Assembly (NCBI RefSeq): GCF_004010195.1
Contig: NC_057718.1
Location: 71,784,433-71,848,432, forward strand
DNA from: Chiloscyllium plagiosum
Taxonomy: Eukaryota
DNA: 64,000 bases
Direction: 5' to 3'
Made by a program: the position numbers and the translations under genes. The stretch's first letter is position 1. Every line of letters starts with the position of its first letter. Positions 1-13,390 of this stretch are shown one piece after another. The notes under the pieces are model-generated. The model did not search any database, was not told where the DNA came from, and saw nothing but the letters and a program-made list of their open reading frames with translations.

Positions 1-1028
1 CTCCACTTACCCGCATTCTCCCTGTAGACCTTAATTCCTTGTGACATCAAGAATTTATCAATTTCTGCCTTGAAGATATTTAGCATCCCAGCCTCCACTG
101 CACTCTGCGGCAATGAATTCCACAGGCCCACCACTCTCTGGCTAAAGAAATGTCTCTGCATTTCTGTTCTGAATTTACCCCCTCTAATTCTAAGGCTGTG
201 TCCACGGGTCCTGGTCTCCTCGCCTAACGGAAACAATTTCCTAGCGTCCACCCTCTCCAAGCCATGTATTATCTTGTAAGCTTCTATTAGATCTCCCCTT
301 AATCTTCTAAACTCCAATGAATACAATCCCAGGATCCTCAGCCGTTCCTCATATGTTAGACCTACCATTCCAGGGATCATCTGTGTGAATCTACGCTGGA
401 CACGCTCCAGTGCCAGTATGTCCTTCCTGAGGTGTGGGGACCAAAACTGGACACAGTACTCCAAATGGGGCCTAACCAGAGCTTTATAAAGTCTCAGTAG
501 CACAACGGTGCTTTTATATTCCAACCCTCTTGAGATAATTGACAACATTGCATTCGCTTTCTTAATCACGGACTCAACTTGCATGTTTACCTTTAGAGGA
601 TCCTCAACTAGCACTCCCAGATCCCTCTGTACTTTGGCTTTACGAATTTTCTCACCGTTTAGAAAGTAGTCCATGCTTGTATTCTTTTTTCAAAAGTGCA
701 AGACCTCGCATTTGCTCACATTGAATTCCATCAGCCATTTTCTGGACCACTCTTCCAAACTGTCTAGATCCTTCTGCAGCTTCCCCACTTCCTCAGTACT
801 ACCAGCCTGTCCACCTAACTTTGTATCATTGGCAAACTTTGCTAGAATGCCCCCAGTCCCTTCATCCAGATCATTAATATATAATGTGAAATGCTGCGGC
901 CCCAACACTGAACCCTGCGGGACACCGCTTGTCACCGGCTGCCATTCCGAAAAAGAACCTTTTATCCCAACTCTCTGCCTTCTGTCAGACAACCAATCCT
1001 CAATCCATACCAGTAGCTCACCTCGAAT
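1..1028 (-). mobile_element. CR1/HER1-type LINE, 3' part of ORF2
   Basis: ORF 690-992 reads RRQRVGIKGSFSEWQPVTSGVPQGSVLGP...YINDL...KFANDTKLGG (CR1 RT). The element runs off the window edge. Confidence 0.93.
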
Positions 1029-2380
1029 GGTAGGACACTGGGGAGTGGTGTTGAACAGGAAAATCTAGGGGTTCAGGTATCTCGTTTCTTGAAAATAGTG
1101 TCACAGGTGAACAGGGTGGTGAAATGGGCATTTGGCACACTTACCTTCATTGTTCAGAGCATTAAGTGTAGGAGTTGGACTGCCATGTTGCGGCTACAAA
1201 AACATTGATGTAGCCAGTACTTTCATACAGTTCTGGTCGCCTTGCTATAAGAAGGATATTATTAAATTGGAAAGAGTGCAGAAAAGATTGACAAGAGTGT
1301 TACTGGGAATGGATGGTTTAAGACAGAAAGATAGGCTGAATATGCTGGGACATTTTTCCCTGGAGCATAGAACATTGAGGGGTGACCTTAAAGAAAATCA
1401 TTAGGGACATAGGTAAGGTGAATAGCAAAGATCTTTTCCCTGGAGTAGCGGAACTCAAAACTGGAGGTCATAGTTTTAAGGTGAGAAGGGAAAGTTTAAA
1501 ACGGACCTGAGAGGCAACTTTGTCAGACAGTGGGTGGTACGAAATGGAGTGAACTGCCAGAGGAACTGGTAAATGCAGGTATACTTCCAAAACCTCATAG
1601 AATCGTAGAATCCCACCCAAATCTCCACCTCTCCCCCTGCCATCCTATCCCTGTAACCTTGCATTTTCCCATGACTAATCCACTTAGCCAACACACTGAC
1701 CCTCCGAAGAGCATCCCACCCAGATCTTTGACCGTCTTCCCTCACCCCAACCCTATCCCTATAACCCCTACATTTCCCCATGACTAATCCACCGAGCCTG
1801 CACATCCCCGAGATACAATGGGAAATTTAGCACAGCCTGACTACCTAACTTGAACATCTTTGTACAGCATTTAAAAGACCTTTGGATAGGGGCAGCACAG
1901 TAGGTCAGTGGTTAGCACTGCTGCCTCAGAGCGCTAGGGGCCCAGGTCGATTCCAGCCTCAGGCGATTGTATGTGTGGAGTTTGCACACTCTCCCCGTGT
2001 CTGTATGGGTTTCCTCCAGGTGCTCTAGTTTCCTCCCTCATTCCAAAGATCTGCAGGCTAGGTAAACTGGCCATGCTAAATTGTCCATTGTGTTCAGCGA
2101 TGTGTAGGTTAGGTGCATTAGTCAGGGGTAAATGTAGAGTAATAGGTTAAGGGAATGGGTCTGGGTAGATTACTCTTCGGAGGGTCAGTGTGGACTTACT
2201 GGACTGTTTCCACATTGTAGGGATTCTATTAAAAAAGTGCATAAATTGGCAGGGTTTTTTAGGGATATAGGCCAAACACCATGCAAATGGGATGAGTTAG
2301 TTTGGAAAACCTGATTGGCAGGATGAGTTGGACAGAAGGGTCTGTTTCTGTGCTGTACTATACTGTGCTGTGACTTTCTT
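1029..2380 (+). mobile_element. CR1 LINE 3' fragment with SINE insertions
   Basis: QFWSPCYKKDIIKLERVQKRLTR motif; CR1 3' UTR near 2240-2375; HE1 pieces inside. Confidence 0.85.
1889..2230 (+). mobile_element. HE1-type tRNA-derived SINE
   Basis: Head GGGGCAGCACAGTAGGTCAGTGGTTAGCACTGCTGCCTCA, core TGTGGAGTTTGCACACTCTCCCCGTGTCTG, CR1-like tail. Confidence 0.9.
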
Positions 2381-3175
2381 AACACTACTCTGCCTTTATG
2401 ACACACTTGCCTAATTTCTGCATTTATACAATCTAGCTCTTAAGAGATTGGTCTGTAGTCTCTTCCAGTTTTAAATCCTTTACAGCTCCTCAGTTCTGTA
2501 TAGTGTCTACTGAATGTTATCCCATAAAATATCCTCCCTCAGCATTGAAATTATTCTTATCCACATCGGTATGGCTATTCTACCTCCTCGGCCATTTTCC
2601 CTATCCATTCTTAAATCTGGTCTATGTACTCCCCATGTCAACCTGGTTTTGGGATGGTTGTAAATGTTAGCAAAAGCTTAACAAGAACAACAATTTCGTT
2701 ACAATTTTATCTCTGACTTTTCTGCCCAAACAATGCAAAATCAACCCCAGTATTTAAAGATCTATGCGATTTACAGGAGTTTGACGTTCAAAGGAACTAA
2801 CAATAACCATTAATATAAATTGAATGCTTAGAGGTTGTATCCCACTTTAATTGACTCCCTCAATTTGCTATTGGCTATGGTTTGGGGTTGCTGAAAACAT
2901 TCTTCAGCAATGAAGGAAGACATCTACTTGTTGATACCAAAAAGGCATGCTTGAAGTTTACATCAAAAATGCAAGGTGCAATCTGAAATTAAATATTAAA
3001 GCTAATACAGACTAATTACGTTCCCTACAAAATAAAACACAACAGTTTTTGAAAACAAAGTATGTCAATGACATGGGCAAAGGTGAGAATGTTGGGAAAA
3101 TATGACGAACATGAAAAAAAACGTGATGAGAATCTTGCCAGTGACTGCTGAGGGGCCTAACTGCAGCAATATTTT

Positions 3176-3285
3176 TAATCCACCTGTTCAGAAATGTTAT
3201 TATGCACGTCTGGAGCAGTTGAAACTTGAACCTCGTCCTTCTGGCTCAGAGGTAGGAACACTATCACTACACCCACAAGGGCCTA
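3176..3285 (-). mobile_element. Short tRNA-derived SINE (same family as 42968-43212)
   Basis: tRNA-like head on the minus strand (...tagtgatagtgttcctacctctgagccagaaggacgaggttcaag); similar to the two copies at 42968-43212. Confidence 0.7.
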
Positions 3286-3343
3286 AAGCGGAGCATATTT
3301 GCATGTATTAGCATATCATTATTACTTAATTGAACATCCTTTA

Positions 3344-4756
3344 CCGTGTATAGGTCGGATTTTGAATACAGTTTCTTTAAGCTGAAATTAGGAGGTCAAC
3401 TATGACACAAGGTATTGTTTTCGCGGGGCTGAACGAAGTACCATTTATTAGCATAAGTCGATTTGATCGCACAACTAATCCCAGGTAAAGCAGAATCCTA
3501 AATACTTATTGAATCCTAATCTTCGACTACCTATCTTCCTGCCGGATCTGAGTCAGGAACACAAACTTTAGTCAATTTGCTACGTTCTCTGATACAGTAC
3601 ATGGAGTCCCAATCTCTCTGTGATGATTGGGTAGGTGGGTTCCTTGCCCCCAGGCCGCACTCTGATGGGCTTGCAGCATGTCCATCAAGCAGATGGGCAC
3701 TCTGATTGGTGGGTAGTGATGTTATTGGAGACAGGTGACTGGCATCCCATCCCCACAATGCACCTGCACGGGGCCATGCTCATTGAAGGCGCTGGAGGTT
3801 TGTAGCCTAGCACTGAATGGTGGTGGTGGGGGTAAGGAGGAGAGGGGGAGGGTAGCCACAGGGGGAGTGGGTGGCAGGCCCTGTTACACAGTGGCTCACT
3901 CGTGATTAATGACTGATGGTTGTCAATGCCTCATATCCTCCAGCAGGTAACACCTTAACCTGCGGAAAGGGAACGAGGTGGCTCAATCCGCCTCTCACGC
4001 TCGTTCCCCCTCCCCCCCAACTGGCGTGGGTGGGGAGAACTGTCACTTTTCCCCCAATAATGTTATTTTGAAATAGTTTGACATGTTTTATTCCATTAAA
4101 TGTGGAATATAAAGTCAGTTCATCATACTTAGAGCCGATAATGCACAGCCTTTCCCACTGCCTTCCAGGCTCTCAACCACAATAACTATTTCCCTCTTAT
4201 TTCAAATGATAATGTACTAACTTGCCACTTTTAATGTTGATAAGTACCAATTGACTTAGTACCAGTCTGAATGAATGAATAAATCAAAACGCGCTGTAAT
4301 AAGCCAAGTGCTATAAGTACAGTTATGAATGAAGGAGTGCAGATGCAATTTCTAAACGAAGAACAATAATAGAATTACCAGTCTGAATGAATGAATGAAT
4401 CAAAATGTGCTGAAGTAAACCAAGTACGGTAAGTAGAGTTATGAATAAATGGAGAGGCAATATAGTAAACAAAGAACAATGAGTAGAGTTACTGGTATGA
4501 ATGAATGAATGCAATTTCTTAGAAGTGGATTAATGGGAACATTGACTTATTTTTTTCATTAAGCACATACTTACTGAAAAATCTGAAATTTCAGCAAAAT
4601 ACGTTAATGGGAACACGCAGTTTCCTTTGTAAGAGGTTTATAATGTGATATACTAAGGTCACCTCATATACAAGTTTCATGGAAAATAAAAGATTATTTG
4701 GTCAAAATAAGGGGTCAACTTATACATTAGATCAACTTAGGCACAAGTATATACAG
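3344..4756. mobile_element. Decayed pogo/Tc2-like non-autonomous DNA transposon
   Basis: Left end ta-CCGTGTATA and right end GTATATACAG. The subterminal motif aaattaggaggtcaactat / aaataaggggtcaacttatac occurs near both ends. No transposase seen. Confidence 0.45.
4261..4520. repeat. Diverged ~117-bp tandem repeat (~2.2 copies) with TGAA runs
   Basis: accagtctgaatgaatgaat...atcaaaa...ccaagt...taagta.agttatgaat recurs at ~4261 and ~4377, with a partial third copy at ~4490. Confidence 0.8.
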
Positions 4757-5354
4757 ATATGCAGGTCTCTATTTTCCCCCTACACCAGTGAGAAAGTAGA
4801 TAGGGCCAATACTCGATTGGAAAGTAGTCTGTTTACCTGGTGGATACAGCTTGTTGATGTCTTTTCCAGGCATCCAACTTAGACAGCATTCCCCAACTTC
4901 TCAAAGGCATGCTTGATGGGCAGCAACCGCTGGCATTTGCATCCATGGAGGTTGCATTGGCAAAGCACATTATCATGGCACATCTTGAACGCAGTTCAGC
5001 ATTCCAATATTGCACTTCGGAGTATAAATGACACCTTACATTGCAATATTACTGCTAGCCCGTTTAGTTTCTCACCATCACCATGTCCACTAGGATTTCT
5101 AGATTCCTGTTAGCAAATCCGGTACCAATGTGCTTCTCAGATATCTTGTTTGAAATTGTGCAGCAAGGCACTATGATGAGCTTGGCATCTGGAGTTCAAA
5201 TATGACACCGTTAGTGGGAATGCCAGAATGTATCAGCACTGACAAGCATAACAGCAGAACTATGTGGGGGTCATAATTAATGAGATGAGTGGCAGACAAT
5301 TGTGTGGGAAAAATCACCAGCACTCAGAGGAGGCCCTCCATTAAGCCAAAGTAC

Positions 5355-6278
5355 AAAGGGATATCAGAGTGATGGTACAGGATTCTCTAAGGGTTGTCTT
5401 GCAGATTGAGTCCGTGGTTAAGAAAGCAAATGTAATGTTGTCATTTATCTCAAGAGGGTTGAAATGTAAAAGCAGTGATGCGCTACTGAGGCTTTAAAAA
5501 GCTCTGGTTAGGCCCTATTTGGAATACTTTGTCCAGTTTTGGGCCCCATACCTCAGGAAGGACATACTGGCACTGGAGTGTGTCCAGCGGAGATTCACGT
5601 AGATGATCCCTGGAATGGTAGGCCTAACATACAATGAACGGCTGAGGATCCTGGGATTGTACTCATTAGAGTTTACAAGATTGAGGGGAGATCTAATGGA
5701 AACTTGCAAGATAATTCATGGCTTATAAAGGGTGGATGCTGGGAAATTGTTTCCAAAAAGCGGGGATACTAGGTCCCGTGGGCACAGCCTTAGAATTAGA
5801 GGGGGTCAATTTAGCACGGAAATGAGGAGACATTTCTTCAGCCAGAGAGTGGTGGGCATCTGGAATTCGTTGCCACAGAGTGCAGTGGAAGCCGGAACGT
5901 TAAATGTCTTCAAGGCAGAGATTGATAAATTCTTAATCTCGCAAGGAATTAAGGGCTATGGGGAAAGTGCAGGTAAGTAGCGTTAAAATGCCATTCAACC
6001 ATGATTGAATGGCCGAGTGCACTTGCTGGGCTGAATGGCCTTACTTCCACCCTATTTCTTATGGTCTTGACCTCCTGAAATTTACATTTAGTCAAAATAT
6101 GAAGAAGTTCAGCTCATAGTGTCAGTTCATGAATTTATGGATGAGACACCTTCATGAGCAATCATATAGGAAATGAGAGTACAATTCCACGTGTCAGCCA
6201 TGGCTAAATGGCAGAGCAGACTTGATGGGCCAAATGGCTTTATTTCTGCTCCTATGTCTTATGGTCTTATGGTCCTTA
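5355..6278 (+). mobile_element. CR1 LINE 3' ends (one long fragment plus a second tail)
   Basis: ORF 5732-5980 reads TRSRGHSLRIRGGQFSTEMRRHFFSQRVVGIWNSLP; (ttatggtc) tails near 6060 and 6260. Confidence 0.9.
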
Positions 6279-7880
6279 GCCATTTTAGCACCAGATCAGG
6301 TTCCTCTGATTCAGCATCTGATAAGGGCAGTTCTTGCACCTGCGTGGTTCGGTAGAATTTCACTCATCTTTTAGTGGCAGAGACATCAAGGCGGCCACAC
6401 CCATCTTTGATTCTGAGGACTCATCAATGCCGATGAAGAGGGTAAACCTCTTCTGGCAATATTTCCAAGTGTTCCAATGGGTAAGGCATGTTTTGCTCCC
6501 GCACATTTTTCGAATTTGTGACTTTTATATGGTCCACATGCTTGTTCAGAAGGGTTACACCTACCCGAAATTATAACTTCACTGGTCCTGACCTTGCATC
6601 AATACTGTCTCTTATCCATGATTTTCATGATTCTTTTCATGATTCTTTTTCATGATTCTTACACCAAATTTCATCCCCTATATCAAACTCTCTCAAAGGA
6701 AATGAAAAAGACCTCTAACATCTTTTTCATTGAATTTTGGTAATGTTTGAACATATTCGTACATATCCCTACCAGGCTGTTGCCTACAATGAGTTTGCTC
6801 ATCATCACTTCGACTTCTATCATTTGATTTTTATTTAAATGGTGCTTTTTCTAAGACATAGAGGATCTAGTTTCAAGTTCCAACTTCATCTTTTCCAACC
6901 TGAACATTCTTTCCCTTGCTCTATCTTCTGCCATGGTTATCTGTTCTTTTTCTTCAGCTAGGACACTTCTTCCTCTTTCTTTGTCTTCTAACTCCAGCCT
7001 TTTATGTTCACTTTCTAACTCCAGCTGTCTCATTTGCAATTTAATTTTTTCTAACTTCACACCATTTGACTAATTTTCTGATACACCTAAATGCTTGACT
7101 AACTTCTTATTATCCCTAGTTAAACGCAATTTTAGCTTGTTTGCTAATTTTGAAATTGTCACCTTTTTCTGTCTTTCTAAATACTTGGCAAATATGAGAA
7201 GCATTTTCGACCCCTAGAACAATTTTAGCAATGTTAAGAACCATTTCCCCACTTTTAATTTAAACAACAACGAGCAACTGAAATTAATCACATTTTCCAT
7301 TTCTCACTTAAGTGCTATTTACAGATTTAGGACACTAGTCCCCAAATCAGTTTAAATCTGCTGGGACCTTTTGTACCCTAAATCTGTTCAAATGCATCCA
7401 CATCTGTCCAAATCTATCCAATTCCTGGACCCGAGGGCCCAATCTGTTATAAAGCAGTGGTTGTGGTTGACCTCCCCACCCTGAGAACTAAGACCGAGAT
7501 ACCAAAAAGGAGCATCTTGCCTTTTCATTCGTAAAACGAGTGTGAAAAAGTGGTGTAACCTACTTTTCAACAACTTCTAGTGGTTACATAACACCCTGAC
7601 ACTCACTTTAAAATCAATAAGTAATTGTTTATTTATCTAATTCTAATAGCGAACAAATTAACCAGAATATTTAAAAGCCCAATACATCCCTTCTAACTAC
7701 TAACTATTCCTGAATATAGTAAGATTCTAAAGGTATGCTGTCCCAATAAATACAGATCCACTTAAATAAAAAGAAATAGAATTTAGTCTCTCGAAATTAC
7801 GTGTCTACCAGAATGTTCTGTTCCTTCTCTGTTGATTCATCTGTAAGGAATGCCTTCTGCATCAAAAGAACATAAGAACT

Positions 7881-10800
7881 TCTGTTTTTCATTTCTGTTT
7901 CTCAGCAGCAGCAGCTCGAAGGGTGGGAGCTTGGACCAGGGGCCTGCGAGGAGCGGTGAGCCACTGATTTAAGCTTTTATATTTGAAATCAGAGAGCAGA
8001 GGTTTCTGGGAAAGGAGGGACTTTTTAAAAAATTTTTGTCCAGCTATCTAAGTCAGTGTTTTCTAAACTCGAGACGTTACCTTTGTAGGGCCTCCCACCC
8101 AACCTACCTTTTCTAACCTTAATGACCAGGGACACATCAGGTAAGCGATGCTTCTTTTTTACTTTCTGATCAGGGGACTAGGAGGGATGGCAGTGCAGGG
8201 AGAGAAATGTTCCTCCTGCATGATGTTTGAGGTGAGGGACGCCATTAGTGACCCATGCAAGTACATCTGTAGGAAGTGCACCCAACTCCTGCTCCTCCAA
8301 GACCGTGTTCGGGAACTGGAGTGGGAGCTGGATGAACTTCGGATCATTCGGAAGACAGAGGTTGTGATAGATAAGTGTTACAGGGAAGTAGTTAGTCCTA
8401 GGCATGAAGAAAATTGGGTGACTATTCAAAGGGGGAGAAAACAGTCAGTGGAGGGATCCCCTGAAAAACATGTATACCGTTTTGGATACTGTTGGGAGGT
8501 ACGACTTACCAGCACTATGCAGTGGGGCCCAGGTCTCTGGCACAGAGCCTGTCCCTGTTGCACAGAAAGGAATGAGGGAAAGATGGAAAGTGCTAGTCCT
8601 TGGGGATTCAATAATTAGAGGGTCAGATAGAAGGTTTGTTGGGAATGAACGAGACTCATGGTTGGTGTATTGCCTCCCTGGTGCCAGGGTCTGTGATGTT
8701 TCAGATCGTGTCTTTGGGGGCCTCAGGGCAGAGGGTGACCTCGTAGGTACGAACGACATAAATAGAAAGAGGTATTGGGATGTAAGGGAGTATTTCAAGG
8801 ATCTAGGTTGGAAGCTCAGAGCTAGAACAAACAGAGTTGTTATCTCTGGTTTGTTACCTGTACTACGTGATAGTGAGGTAAGGAATAGGGAGAGATATCA
8901 GCTAAACACATGGCTGCAAGGATGATGCAGGAGGGAGGGCTTCAGATGAGGAATGGATGTTGCAGGTTCCAGGGTTTAAATTTTTCATTAAGAACAGGTA
9001 AGGCAGTAAAAGAAGGGGAGGTGTGGCCTTGTTAGTAAAGGATAGTATAACGGTGGCTGAAAGAACTTTTGACGAGGACTCGTCTACTGAGGTAGTGTGG
9101 GCTGAGGTTAGAAATGGGAGAGGAGAGGTCACACTGCTTGGAGTTTTTTTACTGGCCTCCACAGAGTTCCAGGGAGGTGGAGGAGAGAATTGGCAAAATT
9201 ATCCTGGGTAGGAGTGAAAGGACCAGGGTGGTCATTATGGAGGAATTTAACTTCCCCAACATTGACTGGAAATGTTATAACTCTAGTACGTTGGATGGAT
9301 CAGTTTTTGTCCAATGTGAAGGGGGTTTGCTGACACAGTATATCGAAGGACCACCAAGAGGAGAGGCCACACTGGATCTGGTGCTTGGTAATGAACCAGG
9401 CCAAGTGTTTGATTTAGTTGTAGGTGAGCACTTTGGAGAGAGTGACCATAATTCAGTTATGTTTAGTTGGGGTTGCAAAATGCAGGGGATGCAGATAATG
9501 GAAATGTGGAGCTGGTTTAAGGAACAGATATTGCGTGTCCTCCCTGTCAGGCAGGGAGCAAGTGATAAGGTAAGGGAACCGAGGTTTACTACAGACATTG
9601 CACCTCTTGTTAAGCAGAAGGAGGCTTATGTGTTGATGAGACAAGATGGAGAGTTACAGATCAGCAAGGAAGGATTTAAAGACAGAGTTAAGAAGAGCAA
9701 AGAGAGGACATGAGCAGTCTTTAGCAAATAGAATAAAGGAGAACCCGAAAGCTTTCTATAAGTATACGAAGAATAAAAGGATGACTAGGGTAGGAATAGA
9801 GCCAGTCGAAGACAGAAGTGGGAAGTTGACTGAGCACCCTGTGAGATTGGAGGCATTCTAAACGAACATTTCTCATCGGTTTTCACTCAGGAAAAGGAGA
9901 ATATTGTAGAGGAGAAGAATGAGATGCGAGATATTAGACTAGAATGGATCAAGGTTAGTTACACACAGGTTTTATCAATTCTAGAAGGAGTGAAAGTCGA
10001 CAAGTCCCCTGGGCTGGATGGGATTTATCCAAGGAGTCTCTAGGAAGCTAGGGAGGAGATAGCAGAGACTTTGGCTTTGATATTTGAGTCGCCATTGTCT
10101 ACAGGTTTAGTACCAGAGGATTGGAGGATTGCAAATGTTGTGCTCTTGTTCAAGAAGGGCAGTGGAGATGACCCAGGTAATTATAGACCAGTGAGCCTTA
10201 CTTCTGCTGTAGGAAAGGTTTTGGAAAGGATTATAAGAGATAGGATTTATAATTTGATTTCAGAAAGTCAACATGGTTTCATCAAGGGTAGGTCGTGTCT
10301 CACAAACCTCATTGAGTTTTTTGAGAAGGTGACCAAGCATGTAGATGAGGGTAGGACAGTTGACGTGGTATACGTGGACTTCGTAAAGTCTTTGATAAAG
10401 TTCCACATGGTAGGCTGTTGGAAAAAATGCAGAGGATTGGGATTGAGGGTGATTTAGCAGTTTGGATCAGAAACTGGCTTTCTGAAAGAAGGCAGCAAGT
10501 GGTGATTGATGGAAAATATTCAGCCTGGAGTCTGGTTACCAGTGGTGTGCCACAAAGATCTATTTTGGGACCACTGCTGTTTGTCATTTTTTATAAATGA
10601 CTTAGATGCAGGTGGATGGGTTAGTAAATTTGCAGATAACACTAAAGTTGGTGGAGTAGTGGAGAGTTTGGAAGAATGTTACAGGTTGCAGGGGGACTTG
10701 GATAAACTGCAAACACTAAAGTCGGTGGAGTAGTGGACAGTTTGGAAGAATGTTACAGGTTGCAGGAGGACTTGGATAAACTGCAGAATTGGGCTGAGAG

Positions 10801-11582
10801 GTGGCAAGTGGAGTTCAATGCAGCTAAAATGAGGTGATGCACTTTGGGAAGGACAACAGGAAGGCAGAGTACTGGGTTAATGGAAAGTTTCTTGATAGTG
10901 TGGATGTGCAGAGGGATCTTGAAGTCCATGTACATAGATCCCTGAAAGTTGCCATCCAGGTTGATAGTGCTGTTAAGACGGCATACGGTGTGTTAGGTTT
11001 CATTGGGAGAAGGATTGACTTTCGGAGTCGCAATATCATGCTGCAACTATACAAAACGCTCGTGCAGCCGAACTTTGAATATTGTGTACAGTTGTGAACA
11101 GAATGTGGAATTATTGGAAAAGGTGCAGTGGAGATTTACCAGGATGTTTCCTGATTTGGAGGGAAGGTCTTATGAGGAAAGGCTGAGAGACTTGGGTCTG
11201 TACTCAATGGAAAGAAGAAGGCTAAGAGGGGATTTGATAGAGACACACAAGACGACCAGAGGATTAGATAGGGTAGACAGTGAAAGTCTTTTTCCTCGGA
11301 TGATGATGTCAGCTTGTACGAGGGAGTATAACTACAAATTGAGAGGTGATGGATTTAAGACAGATGTCAGAGGCAGGTTCTTTACGCAGAGAGTGGTAAG
11401 GGCATGGAATGTCCTACCTGCCTAACTCAGCCACATTAGGGAGATTTAAACAATCCTTGGATAAGCACGTGGATGATGATGGGATAGTGTTGGGGAACGA
11501 GCTGAGAATTGTTCACAGGTCAGCGCAACATTGAGGGCCGAAGGGCCTGTTCTGCACTGTATTGTTCTGTGTTCTATGTTCT
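7881..11582 (+). mobile_element. Near full-length but decayed CR1 LINE (ORF1 + ORF2)
   Basis: ORF1 has CxxC...CxxC, a coiled coil and the SGNH esterase motif VLGDSIIRG (8148-8925). ORF2 has the APE motifs FNFPNIDW and FGESDHN and the RT motifs GNYRPVSLTS and SQHGF. (gttctat)n tail. Inserted into the tail of a minus-strand CR1 with aact duplicated. Confidence 0.95.
10638..10785. repeat. 74-bp tandem duplication inside CR1 RT
   Basis: aacactaaagttggtggagtagtggagagtttggaagaatgttacaggttgcagggggacttggataaactgca occurs twice with about 3 mismatches. Confidence 0.9.
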
Positions 11583-13390
11583 AACTAGGAAGAGGAGTAC
11601 ACTGTCCGGCCCTTCGAGCCTTCTTCGCCATTCAATAAAATCATGGCTGATCATTTCATGGACTCAGATCCACTTACCCATGCTCTCACCATATCCCTTA
11701 ATTCCTTTACCGTTCAGAAAAATCTATCTTAGCTTTAAAAATGTTTACTGAAGTATTGTCAACTACTTCACTGGGCAAGGAATTCCATACATTAACCATT
11801 CTCTGGGTGAAGAAGTTCCTTCTCAATTCAGTTCTAAATCTGCTCACTCTAATCTTGAAGCTATGCCCTTTTGTCCAAGCTTCATCTGCCAGTGGAAACA
11901 ACCTCTCTACTTCTATCTTATTTATTCCCTTCATAATTTTTATATGTTTTTGTATGATCCCTCCTCATTTTCCTGAATTCCAATGAATATAATCCCAGTC
12001 TACTCAGTCTCTCCTCATAAGCCAACCTCCTCAACTCTGAAATCAACCAAGTGAACCTCCTCTGCGCCCCTTCCAGTGCCAGTAAATCCTTTCTCAAGTA
12101 AGGAGACCAAAACTACAAACAGTACTCCCCGAGGTGTGGCCTTAGCAGCACCTCGTACAGCTGCAACATAACCTCCCAGCTATTAAACTCAATCTCTTTA
12201 GCAATGAAGGACAAAATTCCATTTGCCTTCCTAATTACATGTTGTACCTGCAGACCAACCTTCTATGATTCATGCACAAGGACACCCAGGTCCCTCTGCA
12301 CAGCAGCATGCTGCAACTTTTTACCATTCAAGTAATAATCATTTTTGCTGTTACTCCTAGCAAAATGTATGACTTCACATTTATTAACATTGTATTCCAT
12401 CTGCCAGACCTTTGTCCACTCACTCAATGTATCTATGCTCCTCTGCAAAGTTTCACAGTTCTCTGCCCGCTTTGCTCTGCCACTCATCTTTGTGTCATCT
12501 GCAAACTTTGACACCCTACACGTGGTCCTAACTCCAACTCATCTATATAAATGGTAAATAATTTCGGTCCCAACACCAATCCCTGAGGCAAACCACTCGT
12601 CACTGATTGCCAGCCAGAATAGCACTCATTTATCTCCACTCTTTGCTTCTTATTAGTCAACCAATCCTCTATTCATGCTAATCCTTTACCTGTAACGCCA
12701 TGCATCCTTATCTTATGCAGCAGCCTATTGTGCGACACCTTGTCCAAGGCCTTTTGGAAATCTAGGTACATCACATCCACTGGGTCCCTGTTGTTCACCT
12801 TGCCTGCAATGTCTTCATAGAATTCCAAAAGATTTGTTAAGCAGGACCTACCCTTCATGAACCCATGCTGCGACTGCCCAAGGGAACAATTTCTATCAAG
12901 ATGCCTGTTATTTCTTCCTTGATAATAGACTCAAGCACAGAATCCGAGAACTCATTTCCTACTGACTCATTTCCTACTCTATTACTCTACATTTACCTGT
13001 GAATAATGCATCTAACCTACACATCCTGAACATTATGGGAAATTTAGCATGGCCAATCCACCTAACCTGCGCAACATTAGATTGCGGGATGAAACTGGAG
13101 CAGCCGGAGGAAACAGGGAGAATGTGCAAACTCCACAGAGACAGTTGCCTGAGGTTGGAATCAAACCCAGCAGTGCTGCCCAGTAAGGCAGCAGTGCTAG
13201 CCACTGAGCCACCATGCCACATCTTCCCCTACAGAGGTTAAGCTAACTGATCTATAATTCCCCATCTTTTGTCTACCTCCCTTTTTAAACAGTGGGGTCA
13301 CATTTGCTGTTTTCCAATCTGCTGGGATTCCAATCTGCCCCAGAGTCCAGTGAATTTTGGAAAATTACTGCCAGTGCACTTGCTATTTCA
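11583..13390 (-). mobile_element. CR1 LINE 3' half (its tail is displaced to 7865-7880)
   Basis: KGRSCLTNLLEF, SKFADDTKMSG, RTELRRNFFTQR. The tail aagaacataagaact is separated from the body by the 7881-11582 element. Confidence 0.92.
12938..13220 (-). mobile_element. HE1-type SINE in CR1
   Basis: HE1 head and core on the minus strand. Confidence 0.88.

Noticed and set aside
6851..7060. Host coiled-coil protein exon
   Set aside because: It lies between a gypsy PBS and the LPKFNEKDV gag motif, so it is retrotransposon gag.
7881..11582. Active autonomous CR1
   Set aside because: Frameshifts, stops, internal deletions and a 74-bp duplication in RT.
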